Source of the DNA: Gammaproteobacteria bacterium
Lineage (GTDB): Bacteria; Pseudomonadota; Gammaproteobacteria; SZUA-140
Length of the DNA: 64,000 bases
Direction of reading: 5' to 3'
Assembly: GCA_034002745.1 (NCBI GenBank)
Contig: JAVEZY010000001.1
Span: forward strand, 79,428-143,427
The translations under genes and the position numbers were made by a program. The stretch's first letter is position 1; every line of letters begins with the position of its first letter. The notes under the pieces were generated by a model, which saw only the letters and a list, made by a program, of their open reading frames with translations, was not told where the DNA came from and searched no databases. Positions 59,699-64,000 of this stretch are shown one piece after another.

Positions 59699-62272
59699 GT
59701 GGAACGGGAAAACTTCATCGATCGTCTGCGCCGTCGCGTACTGCTGTGCGATGGCGGAACCGGCACGCTCATCCAGGCGGAAAATTGGGATGTCGAAAAG
59801 GATTTCCTGGGCCTGGAAAATTGCTCGGAGATTCTCTGCAGCACGCGCCCCGATTTCGTGCGCAAGGTACATCGTGCCTACTTCGAGGCCGGGGCCGATT
59901 GCGTCGAGACCAATACCTTCGGCGCCAACAAGATCGTGTTCGCCGAGTTCGATCTGGTCGAGCGTACCTACGAACTGAACCATCTGGCCGCGACGCAGGC
60001 CCGTGAAGTCGCGCAAGAGTTCAGTACGCCCGATTGGCCGCGGTATGTGCTTGGTTCGATGGGGCCAGGGACGCGCCTGCCGAGCCTGGGGCATACGGAC
60101 TTCGATACGCTCGAGGATTCCTACTACGAACAGGCTCGCGGTCTGATCGATGGCGGCGTGGATGCGCTGCTGCTCGAAACCAATCAGGACCTGCTCACCA
60201 TGAAGGCGGCCATCTGCGCCGCCCGCCGCGCCTTCGAGACCCAGGGGCGCTGTGTGCCGATCATCGCGCAGGTCACCATCGAGACTACCGGCACCATGCT
60301 GGTCGGTTCCGACATCGGCTGCGCGGTTACCACTCTCGCGGCAATGGATGTCGATGTCATTGGGTTGAATTGCGCTACAGGCCCCGCCGAAATGACCGAG
60401 CATGTGGGATATCTGGGCGAGAACTGGCCGCGCCTGATATCGGTGATGCCGAATGCCGGCCTGCCCATGCTGGTCGACGGACGGACTGAATATCCGTTGG
60501 GTCCGGATGAGCTCGCGGACTGGCAGCAGCGTTTCATCGAGGAGGATGGCGTCAATCTGATCGGCGGCTGCTGTGGCACCACGCCGGCGCACATCGCCCG
60601 CCTGCGGGAAATGTTGGACAGCCGCCCCGATCCGGCTCCACGCGCGCGGCAAGTCGAGCTGGTTGCGGCGCTCAGCTCGCTCTACACCAGCGTTCCCTTG
60701 CGTCAGGAGAACGCGGTGTTCGCGATCGGTGAGCGTTCGAACGCCAATGGTTCGAAAAAGTTCCGCGAACTGCTGGCGATGGAGGACTGGGATGGCCTGG
60801 TCGGCGTCGGTCGCGAGCAGGTGAAGGAAGGCTCGCATGCCCTCGATGTCTGTGTCGCATATGTGGGGCGACCGGAGGCTTCCGACATGACAGAGGTGGT
60901 GAGCAGGTATCGGGGGCAAATCTCGGTGCCGCTGGTCATCGATTCCACTGAAACGCCTGTGCTCGAGACTGCGCTCAAGCTGATCGGTGGCAAGTGCATG
61001 ATCAACTCAATCAACTTCGAGGACGGCGAGGAAAAGGCCGAGCACGTGCTTGGCTATGCCAAGCGCTATGGCGCCGCATTGGTGGCGCTCACCATCGATG
61101 AGGAGGGCATGGCGAAGAGCGTCGAGCGCAAGCTCGAGATCGCGCATCGCCTGTATCGCTTCGCGGTGGAGAAGCATGGGCTGCCGCCGTCCGATCTCGT
61201 CTTCGACCCGCTGACGTTCACCATCTGCACCGGCGTCAACGAGGATCGCGAGCACGGCATCAACACGCTGAATGCGATCGAGGCGATTGCCCGAGAGCTG
61301 CCCGAGTGCCAGATCATGCTCGGTCTGTCGAACATCTCCTTCGGCTTGTCGCCGGCAGCGCGCCACGTGCTGAATTCTGTGTTCCTGCATCACGCGCAGG
61401 CGCGTGGCATGACGGCCGCGATCATCCATGTGTCGAAGATCCTGCCGCTGCACCGCATCCCCGAAGAGCAACGCATTGCCGCCGAGGATCTGATCTTCAA
61501 CAATCATCGCGAGGGCCGCGATCCCCTGCTTTACTTCGTCGAGCTGTTTCGCGACGTAAAGATGGAAAGTGCGGCCCGGGTTCGGCCGGAAACGATCGAG
61601 GAGGTGCTCAAGCAGCGCATCGTCGATGGCGATCGCCAGGGGCTGGACGAGGATCTGCGCAAGGCGCTCGAAAAGTATTCTCCGCTCGAGGTCATCAATA
61701 CCTTCCTGCTCGATGGCATGAAGGTCGTGGGCGAGCTGTTCGGATCGGGTCAGATGCAGCTTCCGTTCGTGCTGCAGTCCGCCGAAACCATGAAGGCGGC
61801 GGTCGCTTTCCTCGAGCCTTATATGGAGAAGACGAGCGGCTCGGAGAAGGGCACGCTGGTGCTGGCCACGGTGAAGGGCGACGTGCACGACATCGGCAAG
61901 AATCTGGTCGATATCATCCTCACCAACAACGGCTACAAGGTGGTGAACCTCGGCATCAAGCAGCCGATCGGCAACATCATCGATGCCGCGCGCGAACATC
62001 AGGCGGATGCCGTCGGCATGTCGGGCCTGCTGGTGAAGTCGACGGTGATCATGAAGGAGAACCTCGAGGAGATGCAGCGTCAGGGCATCGATCTGCCGGT
62101 GCTGCTCGGCGGCGCCGCGCTCACGCGCCGTTATGTGGAGAGTGACTGCCGGGCCGTCTACGCGCGCGCCGATCACGTACACTATGCGAAGGATGCCTTC
62201 AGCGGACTGCGCCTGATGGATGGGATCATCGGCAGCAGGAATCAGGCGCGCGAGGAGGCGGGCAAGGGCTGA
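59699..62272 (+). CDS. metH: Cobalamin-dependent methionine synthase lacking the C-terminal AdoMet-binding reactivation domain
   Basis: GTG start after GAGGTGG. Hcy-binding domain (LLCDGGTGT, GGCCGTTP), pterin-binding domain, B12 cap, and the B12-binding DxHxxG (GDVHDIGKN). It stops at 857 aa, where full-length MetH (about 1227 aa) continues into the activation domain. Confidence 0.9.
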   Translation: MERENFIDRLRRRVLLCDGGTGTLIQAENWDVEKDFLGLENCSEILCSTRPDFVRKVHRAYFEAGADCVETNTFGANKIVFAEFDLVERTYELNHLAATQAREVAQEFSTPDWPRYVLGSMGPGTRLPSLGHTDFDTLEDSYYEQARGLIDGGVDALLLETNQDLLTMKAAICAARRAFETQGRCVPIIAQVTIETTGTMLVGSDIGCAVTTLAAMDVDVIGLNCATGPAEMTEHVGYLGENWPRLISVMPNAGLPMLVDGRTEYPLGPDELADWQQRFIEEDGVNLIGGCCGTTPAHIARLREMLDSRPDPAPRARQVELVAALSSLYTSVPLRQENAVFAIGERSNANGSKKFRELLAMEDWDGLVGVGREQVKEGSHALDVCVAYVGRPEASDMTEVVSRYRGQISVPLVIDSTETPVLETALKLIGGKCMINSINFEDGEEKAEHVLGYAKRYGAALVALTIDEEGMAKSVERKLEIAHRLYRFAVEKHGLPPSDLVFDPLTFTICTGVNEDREHGINTLNAIEAIARELPECQIMLGLSNISFGLSPAARHVLNSVFLHHAQARGMTAAIIHVSKILPLHRIPEEQRIAAEDLIFNNHREGRDPLLYFVELFRDVKMESAARVRPETIEEVLKQRIVDGDRQGLDEDLRKALEKYSPLEVINTFLLDGMKVVGELFGSGQMQLPFVLQSAETMKAAVAFLEPYMEKTSGSEKGTLVLATVKGDVHDIGKNLVDIILTNNGYKVVNLGIKQPIGNIIDAAREHQADAVGMSGLLVKSTVIMKENLEEMQRQGIDLPVLLGGAALTRRYVESDCRAVYARADHVHYAKDAFSGLRLMDGIIGSRNQAREEAGKG

Positions 62273-62293
62273 GGTCAAGACGAGGACTGTTCA

Positions 62294-63244
62294 ATGATGG
62301 GTCTCTTTCCGGCCATCAAGCCCTTCGTGATCCATACGCTGGCAGTCGATGCGCCGCACGTCCTTCATGTGGAGGAGTGCGGCAATCCCGACGGGCTGCC
62401 GGTGGTGTTCATCCATGGCGGCCCGGGAGGGGGATGTGAAGCCTACCATCGCCGCTTCTTCGATCCGGATATCTACCGCGCAGTACTGTTTGATCAACGT
62501 GGCTGCGGTCGCTCGGTACCGCATGCCGAAGTCGCGGCCAATGACACCTTGGCGCTGGTCGCCGACATGGAGCGTATCCGCGAGCATCTCGGCATAGAGC
62601 GCTGGCTGCTGTTTGGCGGATCCTGGGGGTCGACCCTCGCGCTCGCCTACGCCGAAGCCCATCCCGAGCGCGTGCTCGGGATGGTGCTGCGCGGCATTTT
62701 CCTGTGCCGACCGCATGAGATCCGCTGGTTCTACCAGGAAGGCGCGAGCCGGCTGTTTCCCGACTACTGGGTCGAGTTCCTGCGCCCGATACCCGAGACC
62801 GAGCGCGGTGATCTCCTGCAAGCCTATCATCGGCGGCTCTTCGGCGACGACGAAGTCGCGCGCATGGCCGCGGCCAAGGCCTGGTCGCGCTGGGAGGCCA
62901 GGACCTCCACGCTGTTGCCGCGCAAGGAGATCGTCGATCATTTTTCGAATCCCTATACCGCGCTCGCTCTTGCTCGTATCGAGTGCCACTACTTCGCCAA
63001 TGATTCCTTTCTGGAGCCGAATCAACTGTTGCGGGATGCCCATCGCATTGCATCCATTCCGGGATTCATCGTGCATGGCCGCTACGATGTCGTGTGTCCG
63101 GTGGAAAACGCCTGGGAGCTGCACGAAGCCTGGCCCGGCTCGCAGCTGCGCATCGTTCCCGACGCCGGCCATTCGGCCGCCGAGCCGGGCATAACCGACG
63201 CTCTTCTGCGCGCGCTCGCCGCGATGGCGGAGCGCATCGCGTGA
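62294..63244 (+). CDS. pip: Proline iminopeptidase (alpha/beta hydrolase)
   Basis: VVFIHGGPGGG, the nucleophile elbow GGSWGSTLALAYA, 316 aa. Confidence 0.85.
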   Translation: MMGLFPAIKPFVIHTLAVDAPHVLHVEECGNPDGLPVVFIHGGPGGGCEAYHRRFFDPDIYRAVLFDQRGCGRSVPHAEVAANDTLALVADMERIREHLGIERWLLFGGSWGSTLALAYAEAHPERVLGMVLRGIFLCRPHEIRWFYQEGASRLFPDYWVEFLRPIPETERGDLLQAYHRRLFGDDEVARMAAAKAWSRWEARTSTLLPRKEIVDHFSNPYTALALARIECHYFANDSFLEPNQLLRDAHRIASIPGFIVHGRYDVVCPVENAWELHEAWPGSQLRIVPDAGHSAAEPGITDALLRALAAMAERIA

Positions 63245-63714
63245 TCGGACTGCTGCAGCGGGTCAGCTCCGCCGCAGTGACCGTTGACGAGGAATGCATC
63301 GCGCGCATCGGCGCCGGCCTGCTGGTCTTCATCGCTGTCGAGCAGGGTGACGAGGAGGCGCAGGCCGAGCGCCTGGTCGAACGCCTGCTCGGCTACCGGG
63401 TGTTCGAGGATGCCGAAGGCCGCATGAACCGCAGCCTTCTCGACGTCGGCGGTGAACTGCTGCTGGTGTCGCAGTTCACGCTTGCCGCCGATACGCGCAA
63501 GGGCGCGCGCCCGAGCTTCACGCCAGCGGCCTCGCCGGAGGAAGGGCGGCGCTTGTTCGATCACTGCGTGAGCTGCGCCTCGCGCCGGCCGCTGCGCGTG
63601 GAGCAAGGACGCTTCGGGGCCGACATGCAGGTCAGTCTGGTGAACGACGGGCCCGTGACGCTGCTGCTGCGCGTGCCGCCCGCCGAAGCCGGACAGGGAT
63701 CGCTGGTCTGGTGA
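63241..63714 (+). CDS. dtd: D-aminoacyl-tRNA deacylase
   Basis: GTG start overlapping the pip stop ((M)[17 protein letters not shown]...), with the SQFTLAAD and [14 protein letters not shown] motifs, colinear with E. coli Dtd. Confidence 0.85.
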   Translation: MIGLLQRVSSAAVTVDEECIARIGAGLLVFIAVEQGDEEAQAERLVERLLGYRVFEDAEGRMNRSLLDVGGELLLVSQFTLAADTRKGARPSFTPAASPEEGRRLFDHCVSCASRRPLRVEQGRFGADMQVSLVNDGPVTLLLRVPPAEAGQGSLVW

Positions 63715-63745
63715 GACGGCGACGGGTGTTTCCACAGGAGAGGCG

Positions 63746-64000
63746 ATGGCACTGTACGTGATAGGGGATGTCCAGGGCTGCTACGAGGAGTTGCGGACGC
63801 TGCTCGATCGCATCGACTTCGATGCCGGCGCCGATCGGCTGTGGTTCGCCGGCGACCTCATCAATCGCGGTCCGCGTTCGCTGGAAGTGCTGCGCTTCGC
63901 GAAAGGACTGGGCGACTCCGCCGTTGTCGTGCTCGGTAACCATGAACTGCACCTGCTTGCGGTCGCCACCGGCGTGCGGCGGCCCGGCGCCAGCGATACG
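63746..64000 (+). CDS. apaH: Bis(5'-nucleosyl)-tetraphosphatase (symmetrical) ApaH, 5' partial (continues beyond the window)
   Basis: ATG 63746 after AGGAGAGG; [25 protein letters not shown]...[16 protein letters not shown]...[10 protein letters not shown] matches the E. coli ApaH N-terminus. Confidence 0.75.
   Translation, partial: MALYVIGDVQGCYEELRTLLDRIDFDAGADRLWFAGDLINRGPRSLEVLRFAKGLGDSAVVVLGNHELHLLAVATGVRRPGASDT

Noticed and set aside
61007-62278. 423-aa minus-strand ORF
   Set aside because: It is antisense to metH.

Overview
This 64 kb window is a dense, high-GC chromosomal segment with gammaproteobacterium-like gene content and order. It carries about 70 protein-coding genes, almost all recognisable housekeeping functions. 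They sit in E. coli/Pseudomonas-type syntenic blocks: rpiA/ilvA; EVE-ygfA-6S RNA-zapA-zapB-like opposite ygfB-pepP-ubiH-ubiI; murU-gpsA-secB-rhodanese opposite gpmI-envC-ctpA-yibQ; ubiE-ubiJ-ubiB; dapF-DUF484-xerC-hslVU; ubiD-xthA; cysB/sulfite reductase; topA; smg-dprA opposite def-fmt-rsmB-DUF4390-ntrYX-trkAH; metH-pip-dtd-apaH. One ncRNA (6S RNA, ssrS) is inferred from synteny and sequence similarity. I saw no rRNA, tRNA, CRISPR, transposase, integrase (other than xerC) or prophage genes. Many long ORFs in the six-frame track are antisense artefacts of the GC-rich coding strand. The most interesting locus is at 39.6-39.8 kb. An A9/T9 homopolymer sits exactly at the stop of a ferredoxin-type sulfite/nitrite reductase gene that has a long C-terminal extension. 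Immediately downstream, in the -1 frame, is a clear TusA-family (sulfur-carrier) domain ORF that has no start codon of its own. This looks like either a programmed -1 frameshift or transcriptional-slippage site, or a homopolymer indel hiding a sulfite reductase-TusA fusion. Other points worth a second look: a HlyD-FtsX-ABC (MacAB-like) operon ending in a small Cys/His-rich YHS/TRASH-like protein; an uncharacterised two-gene membrane module; a lysine-rich H1-like protein encoded by 18-bp tandem repeats; HslV with a TTG start and propeptide; and a MetH that lacks its reactivation domain.
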